64,000 nucleotides of DNA from assembly GCF_006345805.1 (NCBI RefSeq), contig NC_043012.1, positions 42,160,001 through 42,224,000 of the forward strand, in the 5' to 3' direction. Source of the DNA: Octopus sinensis. Lineage: Eukaryota. A program made the position numbers and the translations under genes. Shown here one piece after another: positions 25,766 through 38,011 of the stretch; positions within the stretch are counted from its first letter, which is position 1, and every line of letters begins with the position of its first letter. Below the pieces are notes generated by a model that was not told the DNA's origin, did not search any database, and was given only the letters and a program-made list of their open reading frames with translations.

Positions 25766-28142
25766 TATATATATATATACACACATAACAGCAATACCGA
25801 TGAAAAAAATACATAAACGTATGTAGGAGATGAAGTCGTCAGTTTGATTTTGAGAAGAACCTTCCAGAAATTGGTTAATAAAAAACTGTATCCAAAGATA
25901 TGTATAAGCCTAGGTATATGAAGAACCTTTTATGTAAAGAAGCAAATAAGAAAACATGTAAAAATATATCTTGGGAAAGGAGATGGACCGAATGTGACAG
26001 AATACACACACACACACATACATATATACATACACGTGAGTGTATACCAGGCACGTAGCCACGGGGGGGGGGGGCTATGGGGCGCTCAGCACCCCCAGTT
26101 AGAATCTCAGACCCCACCCCCGTATGAAAATTGGTTTAATCCATAAATATAATCCTTATTGTCTCATAAGCAATATCTGAAGTCGCTAAAGATGCAACAA
26201 ATTGAATTTCTTTTCAGTTAGTCATTAGTGATATGAAAATGTGGGTAAATTAGAGCTGGTGGTCGCAGAATTGGCTGCTGACCCGGTCATCAACTGTGGG
26301 TTGAATTAAGGACTGGCTGACGCTGGGTCAGTTGTTGTTGTTGTGGTGGTAGTGATTGTCGTGGTGGCGACGGCGGCGGTGGCGGTGCTGGTGATAGTCG
26401 TAGCTGCTGTTGAAACGCATGTGAAGAATTGTTGCTGTAGTTAGAGATTTATGGTAGTAAGCCCATCACTACACACGTATATATATATGAACAGAGACGG
26501 ACACTAGAAAGTCATTTTATTTCTACTAGTCAGAGAGGATTATTATTCGCGAAAAAGGAAAGAAAATTTTTGAAATTTCCCAAAATATACATTCAGAAAG
26601 GATTTTTCAGGTGAGAACTTTCACTGAATAATTTTTCTTACTCTTTGACAAAAGTTTATACTGAAATCATTTTGTGTTTAACTAAAAAAGCATAACTTTG
26701 AAGAAATTGAAATTTAAATTACGAGTTTAATTTTAAAATACATAAATTTTAAGAAATTATTACTCTTACTACGATATTCTAGCTTAGAATTAATTATTGC
26801 GAATATCAGTGCCCAAAAATAATGAATCATTACCGAAAAAGAGAACTGAAGCAATCATTGCTGAATTTCCAATCTGATTCATCTAATAATGCTAAACAGA
26901 AGAGAATTGTAAACGAAGTTTCGCAGCTCAAGGGAGGTCTTGCAATGTCTTTGACACCATCATTGGATGATCTAGGACAGGTTGACTGCCAACCAGTGCA
27001 GCCAGTTCTAGCAAAGTTTGATCCAAAAATTTATGGAAATCAGAGGCGTGACTTCTCGTCAAGCTGGTATACTAGTCGTTTATGGTTAGAGTATTCTCTT
27101 TCAAAGAAAGCCTTGTTTTGCTTGTCGGCACTTTAATACTTCTGCTCGAGCTGATATTTGTTTTATTAAAAATGGATATTCTAATTGGCATCATGCAGAA
27201 GAAAAAAACAAAGGTTTAAATAAGCACGCAAACTCTGCATCCTATATCCAATCTATGGTAATATGGAAGGAACGCCAACAGCGTTTATCCACAACATCCG
27301 TGTCTTCAATCTTGCAAAATGATTAGTTGAGCAAAAACCGTTATTATATCAGTTCTCATTGTTGATATCGTTCATTTTCTTTGTGCAAACGGATTGCCTT
27401 TTCGAGGAAACGAAAATGAAGCTTTTCGGGATCTTTATTCGGAAGATGACACGCAGCCTTCCGGTCTTTTATGAAATTATTCCAGTACACATTAGAGAAA
27501 GACTCAAAGCTAATGGAATGTTACAGCACGATTCCAAAAAATGCGACCTACCCCTCAGCAGCAATGCAAAGTGGAATCATCGAATTGTTGAGAAGACACA
27601 CTGTCAGCCTCGTGGTCGATGCAATAAAATGTTCCAATGTTCCTTATTTTACGCTGAAATGTGACGAAACGCGTGATTTGAGTAATACTGAATATCTTGC
27701 AATTGTTATTAGGTACTTGCAAAACGGCAGGGTTCTGGAAAAGTTAGTTGCGATGCCAACTACTCGACATTATGATGCTGAAACATCGGCCGACTTGATA
27801 ATTAAGGAATTAACCAACCTTTGCATTGACCCAAAGCGTATGTTGTCACAATGCTACGATGGTGCTTCTGTGATGTCTAGCAAAATAGGTGGCATTGAAA
27901 GAAAGATTCAGAATCGACTTGAGAAATATATACCTTATGTCCATTGTCTTAATCATCAGTTGCATCTTGTCGTGGTTAACACAATAAAGCGGATTCCGGA
28001 GGTTGTTACGTTCTTCGACACCGTTAATATTTTTCATAATTTTATTAAACGGCCGAAGATAGCTAGTCTCTGCAAAGGATTGAAGTTGCCATGTCTTATG
28101 GAGCATAGGTGGTCGGGTCATTTCACTGCCATTGCTTCTGTA

Positions 28143-29056
28143 GGAATACGACCGTATATGAGGAGGTTGGTGACATAGGTCTCCTTTCGTAAGCCACATG
28201 GTCGCATCCCTAACGAAATAAGATAAGCCATAATACAATTTATACAATACAGTGCCAACAGAATATAAATGAATGAGGACAAGCCGTTCCACTGTTGAGA
28301 GAAGATAAGATTTTATTTACAAGGTGTTAAGATTAGAGGGTTGTGAGTGCTAGCAGATGTTGTGTATGTGTGCATGCAACAAGTGTTTGTGTCTGTGTGT
28401 TCGTGTGTGTGACAGATACAAATAAGGTGAATGCGTGTGACAGAAAATACAGAGCATAAAATGGAAGTCTCAGCATAGAGTTAAAGATGGAATTTGGATT
28501 ACCAGTTCATGACACGAGGCAGAGGCCGGTTGGGCACATGTCGTGCGGCGGTTGGGGCTTCAATGCCGTGCTGAGTCTCTCAATACAGAATTTCTTCATT
28601 GGAAGGACTGTTATACGTGGCGAAAGAATTCACTCTAACAGCTTTAGTAAAACTGGTTGTGTTGGTGGGTACATGTCTGAAGTTGACGGTGGTAATGGCG
28701 ACGATGGTAGAGACGACGGCGGCGGAGATAAAGGACGTTCTGTTGCGGGTGTACATTAGCGTCGTCGTAGCTGAAGCAGGAGCATGGCTGGTCGTCTGTC
28801 GCTGGAACTGGAACATGTTGAGTAGCTCTGTGGTCAGTGACTAGACCTCAAAAGGTCTGAAGTCGAAAGACAAAGAATAGTGAAAATGCAAGCCTATTTA
28901 TAGGCTCAAAGAAGGACATCAAGAAGCAGGCCTTATCCGAAGGCCGTGATTGGTTGGCTTCACACTCTGGCGCGAAATAGGAAGTAGAGACAAACCGCGC
29001 CACATGTCAACCAATCAGATCAGTGGACACAACAGGAACAACCCAGCCAAAGATGG
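28143..29056 (-). mobile_element. LTR-like insertion inside the hAT transposase
   Basis: Flanked by direct CTGTA repeats (28138-28142 and 29057-29061). Removing it rejoins the transposase frame (WSGHFTAIASV|ISNEII). The minus strand has CCAAT motifs, CCTATAAATAGG (TATA) and a downstream AATAAA. Canonical TG...CA ends are not evident. Confidence 0.55.
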
Positions 29057-29431
29057 CTGTAATCTCAAACGAGATCATTCCTGTTGTGTCTCTCAAACAG
29101 TGAGGATATCAGATACCGCTACAAAATTGTTGGTTTGCTAATCGAATGCACAGATCCAAAAACGTGTATAGAATTTTACATCAAGTTCGTTCCCCAAGGT
29201 TTGTTTTTCTAGCCCTTGTTCTTAGCAAATTTCTGCATATAATTAAACCAGTAGACAAACAGCTTCAGAGTCACAAATGTGATATATAGCATGGCCTTGG
29301 GCTTCTTAAGATTGCCAAGAGTGAAATAACCAAACTGAGAAACTCTTTAATACTTGATGAGATTCGAAAAGAAATTTAATGTTATTGAGGAACGCATGTG
29401 TCGAAAAGCTTGCGGGTCCCGACGTTTTTCA

Positions 29432-29530
29432 GATTATGTTGTTGAAGCACTGGTACGACCATAAGATTATGTTGTTGAAGCACTGGTACGACCATAAGAT
29501 TATGTTGTTGAAGCACTGGTACGACCATAA
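29432..29530. repeat. Three perfect 33-bp tandem repeats
   Basis: GATTATGTTGTTGAAGCACTGGTACGACCATAA x3 inside the hAT element. Confidence 0.95.
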
Positions 29531-31686
29531 GATGACTTGATAACCTTTCACCGCAAAATTTATTTCGCGATCATCGACGAAAGCTTGGGAGAGCTAGATA
29601 ATAGATTTTCAGAGAAAAACAATAGTATATATTCTTCCTTGGCAAGTCTACTACCAACGTCCGAGATATTTTTTGATTTTGGTGCTTTAAAACCTTTGAG
29701 CAATTTAGTTAATTCTGATAAATCGGCCTTACTTTCTGAACTCACTGTGACTAAAGCATACATTTCCAAACAAAATATGATGACACTGCTCTATATTTTT
29801 AGATCTTTACGTATTGTACAGGATGCCTTTCCAAATGTTTATCTTTTGTATGGTGCAGCATTAACATTTGGATCTAGCACAGCTACATGTGAATCATCGT
29901 TTTTGACGCTAACTCGAATTATGACACCCTTTCGATGAAATGTGAATCACCAGTGAAAATCAAACCTCGTGATACTTGCTTCCCTTAATAAATACAAATC
30001 AAGTATAGACAAGGACGATTTTCTTAAATTTTTTGCCTTGCGTTGACATAAATTGCAGTTGTATTAAATAAATGTAACCTGACTTTATTTCGTGTTCTGA
30101 GTTTTTTTTTTTTTTTTGAGAGACGTGTTGTACAGTTCTCGTACGACATAATAAAATAATGCATTAAGTCCGCTTAAGAGATAGTACTAGATGTTTGTCC
30201 GCTCACTTGTACAACTCGAACTCCCGAGTCGACACATTGCTCACATATGGCGTTACTCCACCATATTTATCCTGGTAGACTAATCCATCCGTTCTACCTT
30301 GGGGATGTTCTATTTCCACTCAACAGAGACATAATCAAATTTTATAAACAGTACGGTTTTTAGAATCCTGTTCAGCAGGTGTAATACAAAAGACCCTTAG
30401 GGAAAAAGCCCCTCAAACAAACCACCATAGTTAAAGTATGAAAGTGTTGTTTTTTTTTCACAACTGCGGTTTCTGTTTTTGTTTATTTGAAATTATATAA
30501 AAATAATGTTTAAAGATTTGGCTGTGGAAAGACATTTTAGGCTTAACTATGTGCTTGTTGAAAATCATTAAAAAAATATTGGAGTCGATACATTTCTACT
30601 AAAAATTCTTCGACGTGATACTCCAGCATGGCCTTAGTTTAATGATTGCAACAAGTAAAATGAAAATAAAAACGAAATATATCAAAAATCTGAAAAAAAA
30701 AAGAAAAGATAACCGAAAAATATAAACATGGGGCTTTTGTCCACTTTCACACTTTAACTAGGGGCTTTTATCCGTACCCCTGTTCATCACCCCTAGCTAT
30801 ATCAAGATAACACCAAAGTTGCAATCGGCTGGCTACGTGGCTGGTGTATACACGCATGAACACACAGTAAAATAAATAAAAACTCGCTGACAAAGAAGGA
30901 AAACGTTAAATATTCTTGACTTGACACTGAACGCAAAGAGAAAAGAAAGAATTTACGTTTTGGGTGATAGCTCTTTATCAGGAAAGAATTGCGAAAAGAG
31001 AAAGAAAAAGCTAACAAAGGAAAAATACTGTTGAGACCTGTATGGTTTATGAGGCTGTCATTTTGAAAACTTGCTATGGAGGACAAAACGGGTAAGAAAA
31101 AAACAATTTTGAGATTGAATGTAATGTAAGGAGACATTATGCGAGCCACGAAAAGTTAGGGGTGTATGTGTGTTTGTGTGAGTCCGCGTTGTTCATTTTA
31201 GAAGTGTGTGTGTACATGCACGGAAATGTGTGTAGTTGTTTACAGTTTTAACATATTAGTGTTTAGGATGTTAATGTGTGTGTGTGTGTGTGTGTGTGTG
31301 CACGGGTGTGAGTGTAAATTTCAAATATGTTAATGAGTCAACGATTAGTAAGTTTGTAGTTATATTATTTTGTATGTTGTTGTAGATGTGGGTTTATTAC
31401 TGAAGTGTGCATGTGTCCGTGTATTAGTGTAGGAGTTTGTAAGAGGTAAGCATGTATGTATGCATTTGTGGTGACTGTTAGTGTAACTGTGTGCGTTATG
31501 GTGTGTGTGTATGTATCTATGTTAGTGTAGGTATGTATGTGTATCAATGTAAATATGTGTGTTCAATTAATTCAACTCTCCCTCCTGAGGAAAAGGAAAC
31601 AAAAAGTACTCAAAGGTATATATATAGAATCACATATGTAAAACATAATGTCGATTCTGCAACTGTCCTATTCACTAGATTTTAGT

Positions 31687-31960
31687 ACCTGCAGGCTTCC
31701 ATTTCTTCCCCCAGGATGAAAATACAGCTCAAAGGTCGCCGTTTTAATACCGTTGTCGAGATCCAAAGAGAATCGCAGTAAGTTCTCAACTCGCTTACAG
31801 AAAATGGCTTCCAGGCTGGATTCCAAATGTGGTAGGAACGCTGGAACTGGTGTATTGTCGCGCAAAGTGACTATTTCGGAGGAGATGATGTTAAAACTTT
31901 GGTAAATAAGTTATGTTTAATAAAACATAACTAGTCCGGGAACTTTTTGATACCATCTCG
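31687..31960 (+). mobile_element. mariner transposase 3' fragment with terminal repeat
   Basis: Translates FPRMKIQLKGRRFNTVVEIQ...FQMW*ERWNWCIVAQSDYF (mariner C-terminus). Ends AGTCCGGGAACTTTTTGATACCATCTCG, similar to the inverse of the TIR at 46154. Confidence 0.75.
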
Positions 31961-33205
31961 GCCAAGCCTGACCTTTCTGTCTTGGTTCGGCCGCCGTCCG
32001 TGCGACATCTATATTCCTCCCTGTGCCAGTGAAATCTTGTATCCCTGTCGTAAAGCTTCACTTCCACACACGCCAGCTTAATTTAATTCGTCCTTAGGTC
32101 GAAAGACACCTGTTGACATTTCCTGTTATTTGTATTTGTATAACATTCTCCGTTTTTTTTCCCGTCCTTGTTTTCGTATACATTCGCTGCTTCCTTTCCA
32201 AGGAATCTAATGCTCTTAGCTTAGTTTTTCCTTGGGGCTGGCCAGATTGGAGCAATCTCCAGTATAACTAGCCGAAATTGAAAAGATAATCTGGAACTCG
32301 ACTGCGGAAAGAAAACTCCGAATGACCCGTCCTTGTTTTCTTTGTGTCGTCTATCTGGATGTTTTGCGTATGTATATATATATATAATATGTATATGTTT
32401 TTGTGTATGTACATATATATATATCAGTGGCGACTCCGGTTGTTCGGGCTTAGCCAGAGTGCAAATTTAGTAAACCGAACGTGTATTTTCAAGTTAATTT
32501 AATCTCTGCCAACACTGACTTCAAGTATGTAATTGCAGCCAATAACTCGGGCTCCTTTTATTGAGCCTGGTCGCAGTTCATTTATCTTCGTTCAGCGTCT
32601 GTTGGTCATCTTAGAGGTACCCTGTGTCAAAAAATATCATTCGTAGCAGACGTTCTCTCGACATCGTTCACACGCGCATGACTCGAAATTACAGCCTGAG
32701 TTGTTTTCTATAATCGTAAAAATTAAAAGTAATTCAAATTCATTGTTTTTCTTGAAACAATAAATTTCTATAGAGATTAGGATTTAAATTCCAATCTATG
32801 AAAAGTTTCCGTTTTACAATATTCTGAAAGGAACGAAAATTTACCCATCAACTCGGGTTAATACGAACGAGTCTGGTAGGTGTAAAAGACTAACTAGCAT
32901 CTCTTGTCAAGAGTACAGGCGACAGTCAGATCGCTGATGTTTGTTGTGCACTCCGCTTTCATTATTTGATTGTTGTTATTCTGTGCATCAGTGTGTAAAG
33001 GTCAGTTGTGATTTGTAGGGTTGCTTTATTTTTACCACCGTAATGTGTACTAGCCATCCGAATGTGGCTAGCCACTGGGGGTGGGGTGTTACTGATGCTT
33101 TTAGCCCCAGGCGATCAACGTCACCAGATGGACTTTAGACACAATCTCAGTGCCCTTGTGTTATTTGCAAAGGGAGGCCACCCTCCCTCGAAAACCTAAG
33201 TGCTA

Positions 33206-33250
33206 CATACGGACTATAGTTTCAAGGTAATTGCCTCTCGTCAACGCATG
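33206..33250 (-). ncRNA. Minimal type-I hammerhead ribozyme motif (inverted twin of 33615-33659)
   Basis: Exact reverse complement of 33615-33659. Confidence 0.75.
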
Positions 33251-33614
33251 GTAAACACCGGTTTTCGATTAAGGAGACCCCTTGCAAATAATATTTAACG
33301 TTTTTCACAGCAACCACTGTCACTGATTTAGAAAAACTGTCTGAAAGCAATAATAAATCTCTGAACGAGATAAAACAGTAATCGCTCGACAACGTAAGGT
33401 GTACTAGCCATCTGAATGTGGCTAGCCACTGGGGGTGGGGTGTTACTGATGCTTTTAGCCCCAGGCGATCAACGTCACCAGATGGACTTTAGACACAATC
33501 TCAGTGCCCTTGTGTTATTTGCAGACATTTTTTCTAAATCAGTGACAGTGGTTGCTGTGAAAAACGTTAAATATTATTTGCAAGGGGTCTCCTTCATCGA
33601 AAACCGGTGTTTAC

Positions 33615-33659
33615 CATGCGTTGACGAGAGGCAATTACCTTGAAACTATAGTCCGTATG
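33615..33659 (+). ncRNA. Minimal type-I hammerhead ribozyme motif
   Basis: CATGCG-TTGACGA-GAGG-CAATTA-CCTT-GAAA-CTATAG-TC-CGTATG. It has a 6-bp helix I, a 4-bp helix II and palindromic helix III ACTATAGT. The predicted GUC cleavage is after 33653, and the core has a C3U change. Confidence 0.75.
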
Positions 33660-34042
33660 TAGCACTTAGGTTTTCGAGGGAGGATGGCCTCCCTTTGCAA
33701 ATAACACAAGGGCACTGAGATTGTGTCTAAAGTCCATCTGGTGACGTTGATCGCCTGGGGCTAAAAGCATCAGTAACACCCCACCCCCAGTGGCTAGCCA
33801 CATTCAGATGGCTAGTACACCTTACGTTGTCGAGCGGTTACTGTTTATATCTCGTTCAGAGATTTATTATTTATTTTTACCCTTAACTTAGAAATGGAGG
33901 AAAACATAATGCTAGATATAAACAAAAAAAAAGTAATCTAGCAGAAAATGTGAAATTCTTCGAGTAGGCTTGTGTCTTATGTGAAATCTGTGATGAGCCC
34001 GAGCAGCGCTTATGACCTGGAGTCGCCTCTGATACATACATA

Positions 34043-34104
<62 letters not shown>

Positions 34105-34105
<1 letters not shown>

Positions 34106-35159
34106 CAAAAGAAAAACAGGACGCAAAGGATTTTGCGGTACATATGTTTCGGGCTTTATTGAACAACTAATTCTTATATCAATGCATAGTTGATACAACA
34201 GATAGATCAAAAGCCTTCTTCAGCTGCGTACAATTACCACACCAAAGACATGTATCATATTATAACAGGTTCGAGTAAGTGTTTCATTGGGAAAGTAAAT
34301 CCTCATAGGCGTACATGGTATTGCGAGACTCCAAAACAAATCGTCCATACCGTTTCTTCACTCGGTAAAGAATGAATACTGGGTAGATAACTTCATATAT
34401 GGGAAGGAATTAGATGTTGAGAGAAAGAGGAAAGGAGGGGAAGGGGTGAAACTTTAATGATGTTGGGATCACAAAAAAGAAAAAATATATATATAAATTT
34501 AAACATAATTATAAAGGATAATAATAAATATATTATTATTATTTTATAATATTTTATTATATTATAAAGGATAATAATAAATATATTATTATTATTTTAT
34601 AATATTTTATTATATTATAAAGGATAATAATAAATATAAAATATAATAAAAAAAGTAAAGATGTAAAAAAATAAGTATATAAAGATACAAAGGACGTCAC
34701 GTATAAGGTCTTTCTTTTTTGTGATCCCAACATCATTAAAGTTTCACCCCTTCCCCTCCTTTCCTCTTTCTCTCAACATCTAATTCCTTCCTATATATGA
34801 AGTTATCTACCCAGTATTCATTCTTTATCGAGTGAAGAAAAGGTATGGACGATTTGTTTTGGAGTCTCGCAATACCATGTACGCCTATGAGGATTTACTT
34901 TCCTAATGAAACTCGGCCTTTTCTCAAACTTTTTCTCAAACCTATTATAATGTGATACATGTCTTTGGTGTGGTAATTGTACGCAGCTGAAGAAGGCTTT
35001 TGATCTATCTGTTGTATCAACTATGCATTGATATAAGAATTAGTTGTTCAATAAAGCCCGAAACATATGTACCGCAAAATCCTTTGCGTCCTGTTTTTCT
35101 TTTGAGACAATATCCTATCACCTACACAGGTGCTTACATTTATCAAGTATTCACCCTGA

Positions 35160-35160
<1 letters not shown>
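34105..35160. mobile_element. Fold-back element with hammerhead motifs in both arms
   Basis: Inverted arms 34105-34482 and 34711-35104 around an AT-rich spacer containing short tandem repeats, plus a short unique tail to ~35160. Confidence 0.8.
34983..35075 (+). ncRNA. Type-I hammerhead ribozyme-like motif with long loop II (twin at 34135-34227, minus)
   Basis: GCAG-CTGAAGA-AGGCTTT...AAAGCCC-GAAA-CATATG-TA-CCGC. Helix III is palindromic ACATATGT, helix I has one mismatch, and the predicted GUA cleavage is after 35071. Confidence 0.65.
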
Positions 35161-35218
<58 letters not shown>

Positions 35219-35328
35219 GTGTGTGTGTGTGTGTGGTGTGTGTGTGTGTGTGGTGTGTGTGTATGTGTGTGTGTGTGTATGTGTGTGTGTGTGTATATAT
35301 ATACATATATATGTATATATATATATAT

Positions 35329-35393
<65 letters not shown>

Positions 35394-35439
35394 TGTGTGT
35401 GTGTATGTGTGTGTGTGTGTATATATATACATATATATG

Positions 35440-35474
<35 letters not shown>

Positions 35475-35488
35475 GTATATATATATGC

Positions 35489-35521
<33 letters not shown>

Positions 35522-36213
35522 TAGATAGATATACATATATACATGCACATACATATATACACTCACACACACACACAGAATGGAATGAGACTCATTATGT
35601 ATATTAATGATATGGCTGAAGGAAAATATTTCAAGAAAATGTTATACGTACAAAATACCTGCTGTGCATAGTGTAAGCTGACTGCGGTTATTTGATAGAA
35701 GTCTATTTACACACACACACATACACATATCCAAACATACACACATACACTCACGCACGCACATACACGCACACACACAAACCCAGGAGACCGCACCCAA
35801 CATTATTTAGCACAAATAGCAAAAAGACGGCAAACCTAACAGTCCGGCTGACTGTTGTTCCACCCACGCGGCCACCCGTCCCTACTTCTACTGACGCATC
35901 ACGCACTCTGGCACTCCACTTATGTTTTCAACTACCAGGGTGGCTTTTGTATTATTTCAAAATTTCATCAGAAAATGTGCAGTACCTAGTCTGGTTGGGT
36001 TCGGGTAGACTTGCACCTGTCGGGTGTCTGCAATGTACTGTAACTATTGATGTATGTGTGTGAGAGTGTGCAGGTGTAGGCTGTATCGGTTTGATAAGCA
36101 CACAGGCAGGTTTTTATATATATTACATGCACATACATACACATATACAGAGTGATAAAAAAAATGTGTACACACATTGAATAATTATAAAGCTAGTGTT
36201 TACCAAAATACAT

Positions 36214-36562
36214 TTTGCCTTTCATCCTTTCGGGGTCGATAAATTAAGTACCAGTTACGCACTGGGGTCGATGTAATCGATTAAAACCCTTTGTCTGTCC
36301 TTGTTTGTCCCCTCTATGTCTAGCCCCTTGTGGGCAATAAAGAAATAAGAATCGTTAGCACGCCGGGCGAAATGCTTAGCAGTATTTCGTCTGCCGCTAC
36401 ATCCTGAGTTCAATTTCCGCCGAGGTCGACTTTGCCTTTCATCTTTTCGGGGTCGATTAAATAAGTACCAGTTACGCACTGGGGTCGATATAATCGACTT
36501 AATCCGTTTGTCTGTCCTTGTTTGTTCCCACTATGTTTAGCCCCTTGTGGGTAGTAAAGAAA
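36214..36562 (+). mobile_element. Two tandem family-B SINE pieces
   Basis: A 3' fragment (36214-36347) followed by a 5'-clipped copy starting AGAATCGTTAGCACGCCGGGCG. Both end ...AAAGAAAT. Confidence 0.8.
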
Positions 36563-36599
36563 TCGATAAAGCGAAACAGTTGACTTATAAACCTCAAGA

Positions 36600-36960
36600 A
36601 ACATTCCGTTCGGTATTTGTACGCATTCTCGTTCACTTATTGTCCTCTATCTGTCGACTGTTGCCGGCTTTGTATCGCAAACTTTATTTATTAAGTATCT
36701 TCATAAAAAATGTCTACCGGAGTGCGGTTCGGTGAACTCTGTTCATTCCACATGCTTGGCAAAATCTCAACAAGGTAGGCCCTTACATTATTTTGGTAGT
36801 GTGGGGAGGGATGTCCCGTTTTGCTGGAAATAAAAATTCCACATCTTCAAATTCAATTGAATACTTGGCATGACAGACTGTCCCAGTAAGTTCGAACCGT
36901 CAAGCAAGAATGATTCAGTTAATTCTTTTGATGATAAACAGCATCACATCATAAATTATC
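36600..36960 (-). pseudogene. Degraded Tc1/mariner-superfamily transposase remnant
   Basis: The minus strand reads FYFQQNG...PH...NVRAYLVEILPSMWNEQSSPNRTPVDIF, resembling the FQQDGAPPH...SPDLTPLDFF catalytic region, with frameshifts. Confidence 0.5.
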
Positions 36961-36992
36961 ATGATTCTCCTCCGTCATATACGAAATATCAG

Positions 36993-37511
36993 GTTCACAC
37001 GCGCATGACTCGAAATTACAGCCTGAGTTGTTTTCTATAATCGTAAAAATTAAAAGTAATTCAAATTCATTGTTTTTCTTGAAACAATAAATTTCTATAG
37101 AGATTAGGATTTAAATTCCAATCTATGAAAAGTTTCCGTTTTACAATATTCTGAAAGGAACGAAAATTTACCCATCAACTCGGGTAAATACGAACGAGTC
37201 TGGTAGGTGTAAAAGACTAACTAGCATCTCTTGTCAAGAGTACAGGCGACAGTCAGATCGCTGATGTTTGTTGTGCACTCCGCTTTCATTATTTGATTGT
37301 TGTTATTCTGTGCATCAGTGTGTAAAGGTCAGTTGTGATTTGTAGGGTTGCTTTATTTTTACCCTTAACTTAGAAATGGAGGAAGACATAGTGCTAGATA
37401 TAAACAAAAAAAGTAATCTAGCAGAAAACGTGAAATTCTTCGAGTAGGCTTGTGTCTTATGTGAAATCTGTGATGAGCCCGAGCAGTGCTTATGACCTGG
37501 AGTCGCCTCTG
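36993..37511. repeat. Uninterrupted duplicate of 32666-33036 plus 33882-34031 (empty site)
   Basis: Near-identical sequence with a single TTTATTTTTACC at 37352-37363. It has the same right TIR and the same ATACATAC flank. Confidence 0.92.
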
Positions 37512-37701
37512 ATACATACATACATACATACATATATATATATTTTTCTCTCTAGTTTCAGCTCAGAGCTGCGGCCTTGCTGATGCACCGCCGTTTTGTG
37601 TTACACTGTTATTACGAAGAACCTCGTCTAATATGTGGCACTTGGTGAAGAATGGAGTTTGATATAGCTACTTTCATATATAATATATATATATATATAT
37701 A

Positions 37702-37791
<90 letters not shown>

Positions 37792-37808
37792 GTATATATA
37801 TGTATATA

Positions 37809-37855
<47 letters not shown>

Positions 37856-37869
37856 GTATATATATATGT

Positions 37870-37903
<34 letters not shown>

Positions 37904-37933
37904 TGTATATAATATATATATATATATATATTA

Positions 37934-38011
<78 letters not shown>

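Larger units (their letters stand above)
26822..29938 (+). pseudogene. hAT/ZMYM1-like transposase fragments
   Basis: TTF-type zinc finger region (FSSSWYTSRLWLEYS..KALFC), CDETRD (first catalytic D), QCYDGASVM, YVHCLNHQLHL, RWSGH, and C-terminal hATC dimerisation region (TATCESSF..L). It has stops and frameshifts and is interrupted at 28143-29056. Confidence 0.88.
26048..30843 (+). mobile_element. hAT DNA transposon (ZMYM1-like transposase), decayed
   Basis: Imperfect 15-bp TIRs CAGGCACGTAGCCAC / CTGGCTACGTGGCTG and an exact 8-bp TSD GTGTATAC (26040-26047 and 30844-30851). Confidence 0.92.
33037..33869. mobile_element. Hammerhead-containing fold-back element built from a ~354-bp monomer (retrozyme/Penelope pLTR-like)
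   Basis: 12-bp TSD TTTATTTTTACC (33025-33036 and 33870-33881). About 1.4 monomers lie on the minus strand (period 354: 33045 vs 33399), followed by one monomer on the plus strand. Confidence 0.88.
32425..34031. mobile_element. Non-autonomous TIR DNA element (hAT-like termini) hosting a fold-back insertion
   Basis: Termini CAGTGGCGACTCCGG / CTGGAGTCGCCTCTG (15 bp, 2 mismatches). The right part is duplicated, uninterrupted, at 36993-37511. Confidence 0.7.

Noticed and set aside
29432-29530. 33-bp repeats resembling a CRISPR array
   Set aside because: The units are directly adjacent with no spacers, the context is eukaryotic, and there are no cas genes.
35968-36051. Possible 80-nt host exon (AG...GT, one open frame NVQYLVWLGSGR...)
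   Set aside because: The peptide has no recognisable homology and there are no supporting neighbouring exons, so chance splice-like motifs are likely.
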